Shown here: piece by piece, positions 1-8,799 of the stretch
Numbering within the stretch: position 1 is the stretch's first letter
Layout: every line of letters begins with the position of its first letter
NCBI GenBank assembly: GCA_045116875.1
Contig: JBGUMP010000018.1
Location: forward strand, 6,807 to 70,806
DNA: 64,000 bases
Source: Elusimicrobiaceae bacterium
Lineage (GTDB): Bacteria > Elusimicrobiota > Elusimicrobia > Elusimicrobiales > Elusimicrobiaceae
Reading direction: 5' to 3'
Program-made: the position numbers and the translations under genes
The notes under the pieces: model-generated
What the model saw: the letters and a program-made list of their open reading frames with translations, nothing else
Database searches by the model: none
Told to the model about the DNA's origin: nothing

Positions 1-908
1 TGGAGCTCGTCAATAAACACAATCGCGTTTTGAGCGGCGGACAGTTCGTCAATGATGTTTTTAAGGCGTTGTTCAAATTCGCCGCGGTATTTGGTGCCGG
101 CCACTACGGACGCCAAGTCCAGGGCCAAGAGGCGTTTATTGGTTAAAATATCGCTGATTTCCCCGCGGGCCATTTTTTGGGCAAGCCCTTCCACAATAGC
201 CGTCTTGCCGACGCCGGGTTCCCCAATTAAGACCGGGTTGTTTTTGGTGCGGCGGGCTAAAATTTGTACCAAGCGTTCAATTTCATCTTCCCGCCCGATA
301 ACGGGGTCCAGCTTGTGTTGGGTAGCCAGGGCGGTTAAATCGCGCGTGTATTCGTCGAGCGTAGGGGTTTTGCTTTTGCGTTTGGCTTCCAGCGTGCGGC
401 CGGGGTTGACGGGCTCGTCCACATCGTCTTGACGTAAAATATCCGTGGTTTTTTCTTCGTCGTTAAGTTTGCCTTCTCCCACGGCAGATACTACCGTGTC
501 GCGCACCAGCGACAAGCTAAGCCCCAAGTTGCCTAAAATTTTGCCGGCCATACCTTCTTCTTCCCGGATGAGCCCCAGCAAAATGTGTTCGGTCCCAATG
601 TATTCGGAATTTAAAAGTTGCGATTCTTCTACCGACAGTTCCAACACTTTTTTGGCACGCGGCGTGAAGGGAATTTCGCCCAAGAGCATAATGGTGTCGC
701 CAATGCCTACCATTTTTTCAATCTCCAGGCGCACTTTGCGAAAGGTTACTCCCAATGAAGTTAAAATCTGGTTGGATACCGTGCCGTCTATGGCGCACAG
801 CCCCAATAAAATGTGTTCTGTTCCCACGTAGTCGTGGTTTAAGCGTTTGGCTTCTTCTTGCGCAATAAGAATAATCTTTTGCGCGTTTTCCGTAAATCGT
901 TTGGCCAT
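1..908 (-). CDS. clpC: ATP-dependent Clp protease ATP-binding subunit ClpC (N-terminal part; runs off the window start)
   Basis: Manual minus-strand translation from ATG at 908: [37 protein letters not shown]...[14 protein letters not shown]...[11 protein letters not shown] (two Clp-N repeats), [38 protein letters not shown] (Walker A), [13 protein letters not shown]. Not in the ORF track because it is truncated. Confidence 0.95.
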   Translation of the reverse strand, partial: MAKRFTENAQKIILIAQEEAKRLNHDYVGTEHILLGLCAIDGTVSNQILTSLGVTFRKVRLEIEKMVGIGDTIMLLGEIPFTPRAKKVLELSVEESQLLNSEYIGTEHILLGLIREEEGMAGKILGNLGLSLSLVRDTVVSAVGEGKLNDEEKTTDILRQDDVDEPVNPGRTLEAKRKSKTPTLDEYTRDLTALATQHKLDPVIGREDEIERLVQILARRTKNNPVLIGEPGVGKTAIVEGLAQKMARGEISDILTNKRLLALDLASVVAGTKYRGEFEQRLKNIIDELSAAQNAIVFIDEL

Positions 909-1077
909 GGTCAACCTCTTAAAAAGTAATTACACCTATTATATAAAAAAACAAATCTTGTGCGGAATTTTTTCGCACACGCGCTTTGCAAGTATATTGA
1001 CAAAACTAACAAAATTTGCTAAAACAGAGTATCTTGTTCCCCTGTTTGCGGGGGAAATCTATAGCATAGGGGGGTGT

Positions 1078-1344
1078 ATGAAAATATCCTATACTAAAAT
1101 TTATATTCCGGAACTCATTGCTCATAGCCACTTCTTAACGCCGCATCAAATCGGCCTGGCGGTGCTGGGGGTATGCCAACAGGCCTTCTTTGGTGAGACG
1201 GATTATGTGGCGCAAAACGCCAAAGAACGGGCCTTGTTTGAAATGCTAACAGAATGGAAAGACGAATGCTACGCGGCCCTGAAGCAGAAACGGGCGGCTG
1301 GGCGTAAAGGGGGAAAGGCCCGGTGTGCTAAACAAGAAAAATAG
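1078..1344 (+). CDS. Small basic protein resembling the N-terminal domain of phage replication-initiator proteins (DUF6291/DUF1376-like); possibly a truncated relic
   Basis: ATG at 1078 after a GGGGG RBS; C-terminal KQKRAAGRKGGK motif typical of these families; followed by degenerate ELELEL/DTDTET-coding repeats. Confidence 0.5.
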   Translation: MKISYTKIYIPELIAHSHFLTPHQIGLAVLGVCQQAFFGETDYVAQNAKERALFEMLTEWKDECYAALKQKRAAGRKGGKARCAKQEK

Positions 1345-1390
1345 ACGTAAGCACCGTTTCCCCAGCTGCTTGAAGCACAGTGTTTAAGCA

Positions 1391-1478
1391 ACTAGAACTA
1401 AAACTAGAACTAGAACTATAACCAGATACAGACACAGAGACAGACACAGACACAGAGACAGAGACAGACACAGAGACA
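1391..1478 (+). repeat. Two adjacent hexamer microsatellites: (ACTAGA-like)x5 at 1391-1420 and (GA[C/G/T]ACA)x9 at 1425-1478
   Basis: Read directly: actaga actaaa actaga actaga actata ... gataca gacaca gagaca gacaca gacaca gagaca gagaca gacaca gagaca. Confidence 0.95.
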
Positions 1479-1573
1479 CTACTATATTCTCTCTTAGTAA
1501 GAGAGAAGGGTGTTTTTTTACAGGAAACGGGCCGTAAAGGGCCTAATTTGGTATAATAGAACCAGAGGTTTTT

Positions 1574-2173
1574 ATGGAACAAGCACGCCAACGCGCCCAG
1601 CGCATTAAACTGATTTTGACCGACGTTGACGGTATTTTGACGGACGGGAAAGTGAATTTCTTTGTCAATTCCCAAGGCAAGATGGATGAGTTTAAGTCCT
1701 TCAACACGCAGGACGGAATTGCCCTGATGCTTTGCCACAGTGCCGGTATTTTGTGCGGCATTATCACCGGGCGGCGTCATCCCACTACGGTGGAACGGGC
1801 CAAGAACCTGGGGTTTAAGTATATGTACCAGGGGTTTTTAACCAAAATCGGCCCGTTGCAAGATGTGCTGGAAAAAGAAAATCTAACCGCCGATCAAGTG
1901 TGCTATATCGGTGATGATATTACCGATATTCCCTTGCTGGCCGAAGTGGGCTTTGCGGCCACCGTCCCCAACGCAGTGGACGTAGTTAAAGACCATGCCC
2001 ATTACGTAACCAAACGTGTGGGGGGCGACGGAGCCCTGCGCGAAGTAGTCGATTTTATTTTGGACGCTCAAGGCAAATTGGAGCCCATTTTGGAACAAGT
2101 AAAAGCTTCCGCCTGGACGCATGGCCCACGCCCGCAATTGGAAATTGTTACTTCTCAAGAAGGATTGAATTAG
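1574..2173 (+). CDS. kdsC: KDO 8-phosphate phosphatase (HAD family)
   Basis: ILTDVDGILTDG, FNTQDG, IITGR, YIGDDITD, GGDGALREVVD motifs. Confidence 0.9.
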   Translation: MEQARQRAQRIKLILTDVDGILTDGKVNFFVNSQGKMDEFKSFNTQDGIALMLCHSAGILCGIITGRRHPTTVERAKNLGFKYMYQGFLTKIGPLQDVLEKENLTADQVCYIGDDITDIPLLAEVGFAATVPNAVDVVKDHAHYVTKRVGGDGALREVVDFILDAQGKLEPILEQVKASAWTHGPRPQLEIVTSQEGLN

Positions 2174-2177
2174 ACGT

Positions 2178-2795
2178 ATGAAAGGAAAATTTATTGTGTT
2201 GGAAGGGCCGGACCGTTGCGGCAAATCCACCCAGGCAAAATTATTATTAAACACGTTGTTGGAACATGGCAAAGATGTTATTTTGACCCGCGAACCGGGA
2301 GGAACGGAAACTGCCGAGAAAATTCGCCAAATCGTATTGGAGCCGGGCCTGGATGTGCGCCCGATGGCGGAGTTGTTTTTGTATGAAGCGTCCCGCGCCC
2401 AACACACGCAGGAGAAAATCTTGCCTGCGTTGCAAGAAGGCAAAATTGTATTGTGTGAACGCTACACCATGTCCACCTGCGCCTATCAGGGATATGGCCG
2501 CAACATTGACTTAAAGACCATCGGCACGCTCAACAAAATTGCCACGCTGGGCTTGGTACCGGATTTAACATTGGTGTTTTTAATGTCGGACAAATACTTC
2601 ACCCAACGCGGGGAATATTTGTTTTCGGACCGGTTGGAAAAAGAAGACCTTTCCTTCCGCCAAAAAATGCGCCAAGGATACGTAGAGCTGACTAAAAAAA
2701 CCAAAAACGCATACCTGATTGATGCGGATAAAAACGTGGATGTCATCGCGCAAGAAGTAGTAGATCTGTTACATAAGTGTAAAATTTTAGACTAA
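2178..2795 (+). CDS. tmk: Thymidylate kinase
   Basis: FIVLEGPDRCGKSTQ P-loop, TREPGGT, AYQGYGR. Confidence 0.95.
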   Translation: MKGKFIVLEGPDRCGKSTQAKLLLNTLLEHGKDVILTREPGGTETAEKIRQIVLEPGLDVRPMAELFLYEASRAQHTQEKILPALQEGKIVLCERYTMSTCAYQGYGRNIDLKTIGTLNKIATLGLVPDLTLVFLMSDKYFTQRGEYLFSDRLEKEDLSFRQKMRQGYVELTKKTKNAYLIDADKNVDVIAQEVVDLLHKCKILD

Positions 2796-3778
2796 TGTTT
2801 AGTGATATTTTAGGGCAGGAAAAAGCCGTTTGTTATTTGCAAAAACTTGTGCGGGAGGGGCGCACCCCCGGGGCGTTGCTATTTTGCGGGCCGGAGGGAA
2901 TCGGTAAGCGCAAAGCCGCGCTGGAGTTTGCCAAAGCCCTTAATTGTGAAGATTATTTTGCCCGCCAAAGCGGCGAAGCGTGTGGCGCTTGCCCCAGTTG
3001 TGTGGCAATCGACAAAGGCACCCACCCGGATGTAACCCTGGTTGATTTTTTGTATCAGGCCCGGCTGAATTTGAAAGAAAGTGCCGACGAAGAAGAACTG
3101 GAAAAAGAACTGGCCAAACAACAACATTTAAGTGTGGATACCATCCGCACCGTAACGGCCAAGGCCCAGCAAAAAGCCGTGGGCCCGGGTTGGAAGGTGC
3201 TTATTGTGGACCAGGCCCAAACCATGCAAGGCGCGGCGGCCAATGCACTGTTAAAATTTATTGAAGAACCGCCCGCCAAAACCGTCTGGATTTTGATTAC
3301 TTCCAAACGGGCTACCATGTTAGGGACGATTGTATCGCGCTGCCAGCCGTTACTGTTTGCCCCCTTGCAAGAGGCGCAGGTGGCGCAAGTCCTAAAGACC
3401 TACGCGCCCGAGTTGGAAAACCCGCTGCGTGCCGCACGTTATAGCGGCGGAAGTGTAACGGGAGCGTTGCAAGCAGCGCAAGCATTGGATTTGTTGGAAC
3501 AGGGTGGGTTTGGTTCACCGGCCGGCTCCATGCAAGTGGCGGCGGGGCTTTCGCGCACGGCGGCTATGGCCCGCAAAGAAGCGCAAGCCGTGTTGGACGT
3601 GCTGATTACGGCCGTCCATGCCCAGTGGGCACAAGCCGATGAAAAACACCGCCCGGCGTTGCAAGCAGTACTGACGAAATTTGATAATTATAAGCGCACG
3701 ATCGGGCGCAATGTGTCCCCGGCGTTAGTGTTGGAAACAGCCCTGATGAGCTTAGACGGACTTCCGATTGTACTTTAA
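2795..3778 (+). CDS. holB: DNA polymerase III subunit delta'
   Basis: GPEGIGK, C..CGACPSC zinc module, HPDV, AANALLKFIEEPP, TIVSRCQ; canonical position after tmk. Confidence 0.93.
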   Translation: MFSDILGQEKAVCYLQKLVREGRTPGALLFCGPEGIGKRKAALEFAKALNCEDYFARQSGEACGACPSCVAIDKGTHPDVTLVDFLYQARLNLKESADEEELEKELAKQQHLSVDTIRTVTAKAQQKAVGPGWKVLIVDQAQTMQGAAANALLKFIEEPPAKTVWILITSKRATMLGTIVSRCQPLLFAPLQEAQVAQVLKTYAPELENPLRAARYSGGSVTGALQAAQALDLLEQGGFGSPAGSMQVAAGLSRTAAMARKEAQAVLDVLITAVHAQWAQADEKHRPALQAVLTKFDNYKRTIGRNVSPALVLETALMSLDGLPIVL

Positions 3779-3787
3779 GAGGAACTT

Positions 3788-5296
3788 ATGACAAAAAAAT
3801 TATATATTACTACCCCTATTTATTATGTAAATTCTGTGCCGCACTTGGGCCATGCTTATACAACGATTGCGTGCGACGTTTTGGCGCGTCACTACCGCCA
3901 AAAAGGCGTAGAAGTGCGGTTTTTAACCGGTACGGATGAACACGGGGCTAATATCGAAAAATCTGCCGCGGCCAAGGGGGTCACCCCAAAAGAGTGGGCG
4001 GACGAAGTATCGGCCAAATACCGCGCACTGTGGAAAACACTCAACATCTCTTATGACGGGTTTATCCGCACCACGGACCCCGCACACGAACATGTCGTGC
4101 AGGCCATCTTTGAAAAATTGCTCAAAAGCGGGGATATTTATTTAGGTTCGTATTCGGGTAAGTATTGCGTGTCTTGCGAGCAGTATTACGACGAAAGCGA
4201 AATGCTGGAAGGCGGCATCTGCCCCGTGCACAAAAAACCACTTACCGAAGTGCACGAAGAAACATATTTCTTTAAACTTTCGCGTTACGAAAAACCCTTG
4301 TTGATGTATTATGAAGAACACCCGGAATTTTTATCCCCCAAAACGCGTGCCAATGAAATTATTAACTTTGTAAAAGGCGGCCTGCGCGACTTGTCCGTCA
4401 CCCGCACCAAAGTAAAATGGGGCGTGCCCGTAAAAAGCAACCCGGCCCATACCATTTATGTATGGTTTGATGCCCTAATTAACTATATTTCTGCGGCGGG
4501 CGCAGGGGCGTTTTTGTGTGATGAAAACCTGGCCGAACACATGCAAAAACTGGCCTTAATCCGTGCCAATAGTTTTGAAGATTTATGGCCGGCGGATTTG
4601 CACATGGTCGGCAAAGAAATCTTCCGCTTCCACACGGTCATTTGGCCGGCGGTGCTGATGGCGTTGGGGTTGCCACTACCCAAACAAGTGTTTGCGCACG
4701 GATGGTGGACGGTAGAAGGGGAGAAGATGTCCAAAACGTTGGGCAACGTGATTGACCCGGCCGAGTTAGGCGCCACGTACGGGGTGGACCCGGTGCGTGC
4801 CTTCCTATTCCGCGAGGTTCCCTTCGGCCAGGATGGGGACTTCTCCATGAATAGTTTTAGAAACCGTTATAATTCCGACTTGGCTAACAACATCGGCAAC
4901 TTACTCTCCCGCACGTTAAACATGGTGTCCAAGCAAGTGCCCACCTTGCCGGAAGTAATTGATGTAGATTTGGAAGTGGTAGAAAAGGCCGCTAATACCG
5001 AAGCCGCCATTGACCGCGCCTACGACGAAATGGCCCTGGATAAAGTGCTGGAGCTGATTTATTCGTACTCGGCTGATTTGAACAAGCGCATTGCAGATAC
5101 TAAACCTTGGGAACTTACGAAAACAGAGCCCGAGAAAGCCCTTAAAATATTGTTGGAAGTGATTGCCTGTGAGCGCCAAGTGGCCAAATGGCTCACTCCT
5201 TTTATGCCGACCATTGGCCCTGAAATGAGCAAACGCTTGGGGGCCGGAACGATTCAAAAATATCCGCCGCTCTTCCCCCGCATTGCCGATAAATAA
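3788..5296 (+). CDS. metG: Methionine--tRNA ligase (short form)
   Basis: YITTPIYYVN, HLGH, GTDEHG, YVWFDAL, KMSKTLGN. Confidence 0.97.
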   Translation: MTKKLYITTPIYYVNSVPHLGHAYTTIACDVLARHYRQKGVEVRFLTGTDEHGANIEKSAAAKGVTPKEWADEVSAKYRALWKTLNISYDGFIRTTDPAHEHVVQAIFEKLLKSGDIYLGSYSGKYCVSCEQYYDESEMLEGGICPVHKKPLTEVHEETYFFKLSRYEKPLLMYYEEHPEFLSPKTRANEIINFVKGGLRDLSVTRTKVKWGVPVKSNPAHTIYVWFDALINYISAAGAGAFLCDENLAEHMQKLALIRANSFEDLWPADLHMVGKEIFRFHTVIWPAVLMALGLPLPKQVFAHGWWTVEGEKMSKTLGNVIDPAELGATYGVDPVRAFLFREVPFGQDGDFSMNSFRNRYNSDLANNIGNLLSRTLNMVSKQVPTLPEVIDVDLEVVEKAANTEAAIDRAYDEMALDKVLELIYSYSADLNKRIADTKPWELTKTEPEKALKILLEVIACERQVAKWLTPFMPTIGPEMSKRLGAGTIQKYPPLFPRIADK

Positions 5297-5325
5297 GGCA
5301 ATAAGTACGCGGGTACAATTACGCG

Positions 5326-5943
5326 TTAGCGGGATGAATTAAAAGTAGTTTGATTGAGAAACGCCTTTACTTGCCGGAATGCTTGCCCCCGGTGGGATAA
5401 GGCGTTTTTTTCGTCGGCAGAAAGTTGGGCAAAACATTTGTTTACACGGTCCACTACAAAAATAGGGTCATATCCAAAGCCGTTGGTGCCGTGGTAATCC
5501 AGTGCAATATGCCCCGGGCATACGCCTTCAAAAAATTTGACGCGTCCGTCCGGCCAGGCCATGCAAGCCACCGTTGTAAAACGGGCGGTGCGGGCTTCGT
5601 ACGGGACGCCTTGCAACGCCGCCAACAATTTTTGGTTATTAGCCGCCGCGTCACACGTTGGGCCGGCATAGCGGGCCGTATGTACACCGGGTGCGCCGTG
5701 TAAAAAATCTACCTCTAGCCCCGTATCGTCCGACAGGGCCACCAGTCCGCTTTGCGCGGCGGCATAACAGGCCTTGAGTTGTGCGTTTTGCTGTAGGGTA
5801 GTGCCGGTTTCCTGCGGCAGGGTGATGTTGAAATCCGCCAACCCTTTGTAGGTGATGGGTTCGCCGTTAGAAAGCACAACAGGCAACACGCGTTGGAGTT
5901 CCTGTAATTTGTGCGTATTGCCTGTTGCGATTAAAAGCTGCAT
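5326..5943 (-). CDS. rdgB: Non-canonical purine NTP pyrophosphatase (RdgB/HAM1)
   Basis: IATGNTHK, SDDTGLEV, GAPGVHTARYAG, GFGYDPIF, SHRGQA. Confidence 0.95.
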   Translation of the reverse strand: MQLLIATGNTHKLQELQRVLPVVLSNGEPITYKGLADFNITLPQETGTTLQQNAQLKACYAAAQSGLVALSDDTGLEVDFLHGAPGVHTARYAGPTCDAAANNQKLLAALQGVPYEARTARFTTVACMAWPDGRVKFFEGVCPGHIALDYHGTNGFGYDPIFVVDRVNKCFAQLSADEKNALSHRGQAFRQVKAFLNQTTFNSSR

Positions 5944-5946
5944 GTG

Positions 5947-7323
5947 TCACTCTGCAGGGTTTCTGCGTTTTTTAGCCGGTTTGGGTGCGGCGGTTTGCGT
6001 TGGCGGAATGGTAAGCATTTCGTCAATCATGTTGAGTGCCACTACATAGGCCTTGTACATGTCTTCTTCGCTGACCCATTCGGTAAAGTTGTGGGCATTG
6101 TTTTGCCCGGTAAAGATAGTGTAAGCACCGTTGCCCAGTTTTAACATCAACATAGAGGCGGTCGTTCCGGCGCGTTCTTCCAAGAACCGGGGGGTTACAC
6201 CGGCGCGTTCGCACGCACGTTGGGCCACTGCTTTGGCAGCCGGGTGAATGTTTTCAGCCACGTTTTGATATTGTTTAAATACTTGGCGTTCAATTTGTAC
6301 GTCAAATTTTTGAGCAATGCTGTTGGCCTTTTGGTCGGCGTAGGTTTTCCAGGCATCAATGTCGGTTTGTTTGAAGGAACGCAGGCGGAAGTCCAGCTCG
6401 GCCTCGCTCATTTTTCCGTCTACCATAGCCATGTGGTGCAATTCGGCATAGCCCTTGTCCCCGGTGCTATTGTTGGGGAGCCATTCTTCTTTGGCACAGG
6501 CAGCCCCTAATTCACAAGCAGGGGCCCACGCGTTGCGGTAGCCGTTTTCGGCGGCGTGGGATTGGTGTCCGTTAACCCCTTTTACGCGGTAGATTACTTT
6601 TTCTGCATTGAAGTTACCGACTACTACTTCTCCGTCGCTTCCACCGTCAAAGTCAAAAGCAATATCCGGGTGGTAGGGGGTTTCTTCAATATAATCGGCA
6701 CTGCGACCTACGTCTTCGTTAGGAGTAATTACAATTTGAAGTTTGCCGTGTTTCTTTTCCGGGTGTTCGGCCAAGGTTTGTAACAGGGTTACCATGATGG
6801 ATACACCGGCTTTATCATCCCCGGAGAGCATGGTAGTTCCGTCGGAAGTTACAATTTTTTTGCCGATCATTTTTTTCAAATACGGATCGGAATTAAAATC
6901 CATGACGTGATTGTTTTTAAGTACAATCGGTTTGCCGTCGTATTTTTCAATTACTTGGGCTTTGATATTTTTACCGGCAATATCGGGCGTGGTATCGTAG
7001 TGAGAGCTAAAGCCCAGCGTGGCGACCGGTTTGTCAATATTGGAAGGTACTTCGACATAAATATAATAGTGTTCGCTCAGCGTGGTCGGGAAGCCAAAAG
7101 CTTTAATTTGGTCATAGAGCTTTTTGGCGGTTTCAATTTGATCCGGGGTGATGTCCAAGTCATTGTCGCTTTGGCTGTCATATGTTGTGTAGGTTAAAAA
7201 CCGTTCAAACAGCGTGGTGCGGTACTTGGAAGCCAAGGCGCGGTTATCGGTGGGTTTGCCTGCAAAGGCAACACTAGTTACAAGTAGTAAACTAGTTAAT
7301 ACGGCAAGTAGTTTTTTGTGCAT
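5947..7323 (-). CDS. Peptidase T-like M20B tripeptidase with N-terminal signal peptide
   Basis: SHYDT, TSDGTTMLSGDDKAG, HGKLQIVITPNEDVG, FTGQNNAH; N-terminus MHKKLLAVLTSLLLVTSVAFA. Confidence 0.85.
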   Translation of the reverse strand: MHKKLLAVLTSLLLVTSVAFAGKPTDNRALASKYRTTLFERFLTYTTYDSQSDNDLDITPDQIETAKKLYDQIKAFGFPTTLSEHYYIYVEVPSNIDKPVATLGFSSHYDTTPDIAGKNIKAQVIEKYDGKPIVLKNNHVMDFNSDPYLKKMIGKKIVTSDGTTMLSGDDKAGVSIMVTLLQTLAEHPEKKHGKLQIVITPNEDVGRSADYIEETPYHPDIAFDFDGGSDGEVVVGNFNAEKVIYRVKGVNGHQSHAAENGYRNAWAPACELGAACAKEEWLPNNSTGDKGYAELHHMAMVDGKMSEAELDFRLRSFKQTDIDAWKTYADQKANSIAQKFDVQIERQVFKQYQNVAENIHPAAKAVAQRACERAGVTPRFLEERAGTTASMLMLKLGNGAYTIFTGQNNAHNFTEWVSEEDMYKAYVVALNMIDEMLTIPPTQTAAPKPAKKRRNPAE

Positions 7324-7394
7324 AAATAATGCTCCTAAAGAAGTCTGTGTAACACAAGTATTTTAATAAGAATTTAAAAACCTGCGCAAGGGAA

Positions 7395-7423
7395 AAAAGG
7401 CCCAATTTTTAGTTGGGCCTTTT
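7395..7423 (-). terminator. Intrinsic terminator-like hairpin between the two pepT-like genes
   Basis: aaaaggcccaa-N7-ttgggcctttt. Confidence 0.7.
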
Positions 7424-7449
7424 GGTTCTGTTGCAAATGAAGGGTATCG

Positions 7450-8799
7450 TCAGGAAATACGCGGGTTGTGTTGCATACTCCACAGACTAATTAGCCGCAA
7501 CACGGTGCGTAAGCTGGCTTCCATTACGTCTACGTCGGCGTATTCGCGCTCACTGTGAATGTTGAACTGACCGGAGAATAAATCCGGCGCGGGAAGCCCG
7601 TTGAACGAAAGGATGGAACCGTCCGTACCGCCGCGCGCCGCGTGCAATACGGGTTTGATGTCTTCTTGCGTCATGGCTTGTTGCGCTAGCGTAATCATAA
7701 CGGCGGGTATTTTTTCGGTAAAGTTGCGGTACTGGTCCGTAATTTCCAGCGTGGCCTGCCCTTTGTTATGCATGGCTTTAACCGTGCGCAATGCTTGGTT
7801 AAGTTGCCCGACCAGCGTATTCATTTCCGCATCCGTGAAGGCGCGGATAATGCCCGTAACGGTGGTAGTGTCCCCTTGGGTGGAAGACGTGTCCAAATAA
7901 ATATATCCTCTGCGGCCGGAGGTGGTATCCGGGCGCGATTGACGCGGGAGCAAGGTGTGAAAGTCCGCCGCCATCAGCAGGTTGTCTGCAAAGGGGGAGT
8001 TCATCGCAAAGCCGGGATGAACGGCCCGGTTGCCGGTAAATACCGCTTTAAAAGTTTTGCCGGTAAATGTTTCGTTGGTCAGTTCACCCAGGGCACTGCC
8101 GTCCACGGTGTAGGCGTAATCGGCCGCAAATTTTTCCACGTTGAGTTTTTCAATGCCCGTGCCGATTTCTTCGTCCGGCGTGAACGCAATTTTAAGGGGG
8201 CCGTGGGCCATGTCAGGGTGGTCGTAGAGGTACTGGACCATGGTCATAATAATGGCTACGCCGGTTTTATCATCCGCGCCCAACAGCGTGCCGCCGGATG
8301 CGGTGATAATATCATGCCCGGTAGCTTGGGCCAGTTGTGGGGAGTTTTGTGCATTGAGGACGATGTTATGCTCGGCATTAATGACAATATCGCCGCCTTT
8401 ATAATCTTTATGTACTTGCGGTTTTACGTTTTTGCCGGGGGCTTCCAGCGCGGTGTCCATATGCGCAATAAAAGCAACGGTGGGAGCGGGCTTAGCGGAA
8501 GTGGCCGGGATATCCGCCGTTACAATGGAGTGCGCGTCTATTTGTACGTTTTTAGCGCCGTACTTTTTAAGTTCTTTGGCCAACTCTTTAGCAAATTGCA
8601 ACTGCCCCGGTGTGCTGGGTACTTTGGCGGTTTGGTCGTTGGATTGCGTATCAAACGTAACGTAGTGCGTGAAGCGTTTGGTCAGTTGCTCTTTGGCGGA
8701 TTTTTTATCGTACTTAGTAGCCACTTTCCAATCCGTAACCTGTGCACCCACCGTGAGGGTGAGTGCACAGCAAATCCCGGTTAGCAGCCATTTATTCAT
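7450..8799 (-). CDS. pepT: Peptidase T (M20B) with N-terminal signal peptide
   Basis: DTQS, PSTPGQ, IAHMDT, LLGADDKTG, AFTPDEEIG, AYTVDG, RGGTDG, NIHS; N-terminus MNKWLLTGICCALTLTVGA. Confidence 0.88.
   Translation of the reverse strand: MNKWLLTGICCALTLTVGAQVTDWKVATKYDKKSAKEQLTKRFTHYVTFDTQSNDQTAKVPSTPGQLQFAKELAKELKKYGAKNVQIDAHSIVTADIPATSAKPAPTVAFIAHMDTALEAPGKNVKPQVHKDYKGGDIVINAEHNIVLNAQNSPQLAQATGHDIITASGGTLLGADDKTGVAIIMTMVQYLYDHPDMAHGPLKIAFTPDEEIGTGIEKLNVEKFAADYAYTVDGSALGELTNETFTGKTFKAVFTGNRAVHPGFAMNSPFADNLLMAADFHTLLPRQSRPDTTSGRRGYIYLDTSSTQGDTTTVTGIIRAFTDAEMNTLVGQLNQALRTVKAMHNKGQATLEITDQYRNFTEKIPAVMITLAQQAMTQEDIKPVLHAARGGTDGSILSFNGLPAPDLFSGQFNIHSEREYADVDVMEASLRTVLRLISLWSMQHNPRIS

Noticed and set aside
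52-831. Plus-strand ORFs 52-432 and 445-831
   Set aside because: Antisense shadows of clpC.
997-1025. CtsR box or CIRCE upstream of clpC
   Set aside because: Only ACAAAA direct repeats and a TTGACA; no proper match to either consensus.
1391-1478. CRISPR array
   Set aside because: Pure hexamer tandem repeats with no spacers, and no cas genes.
1328-1780. Minus-strand ORF with an SVSVSV tract
   Set aside because: Overlaps kdsC antisense; open only because the repeat lacks stops in that frame.
7768-8784. 338-aa plus-strand ORF
   Set aside because: Antisense to the well-supported pepT; no recognisable motifs.
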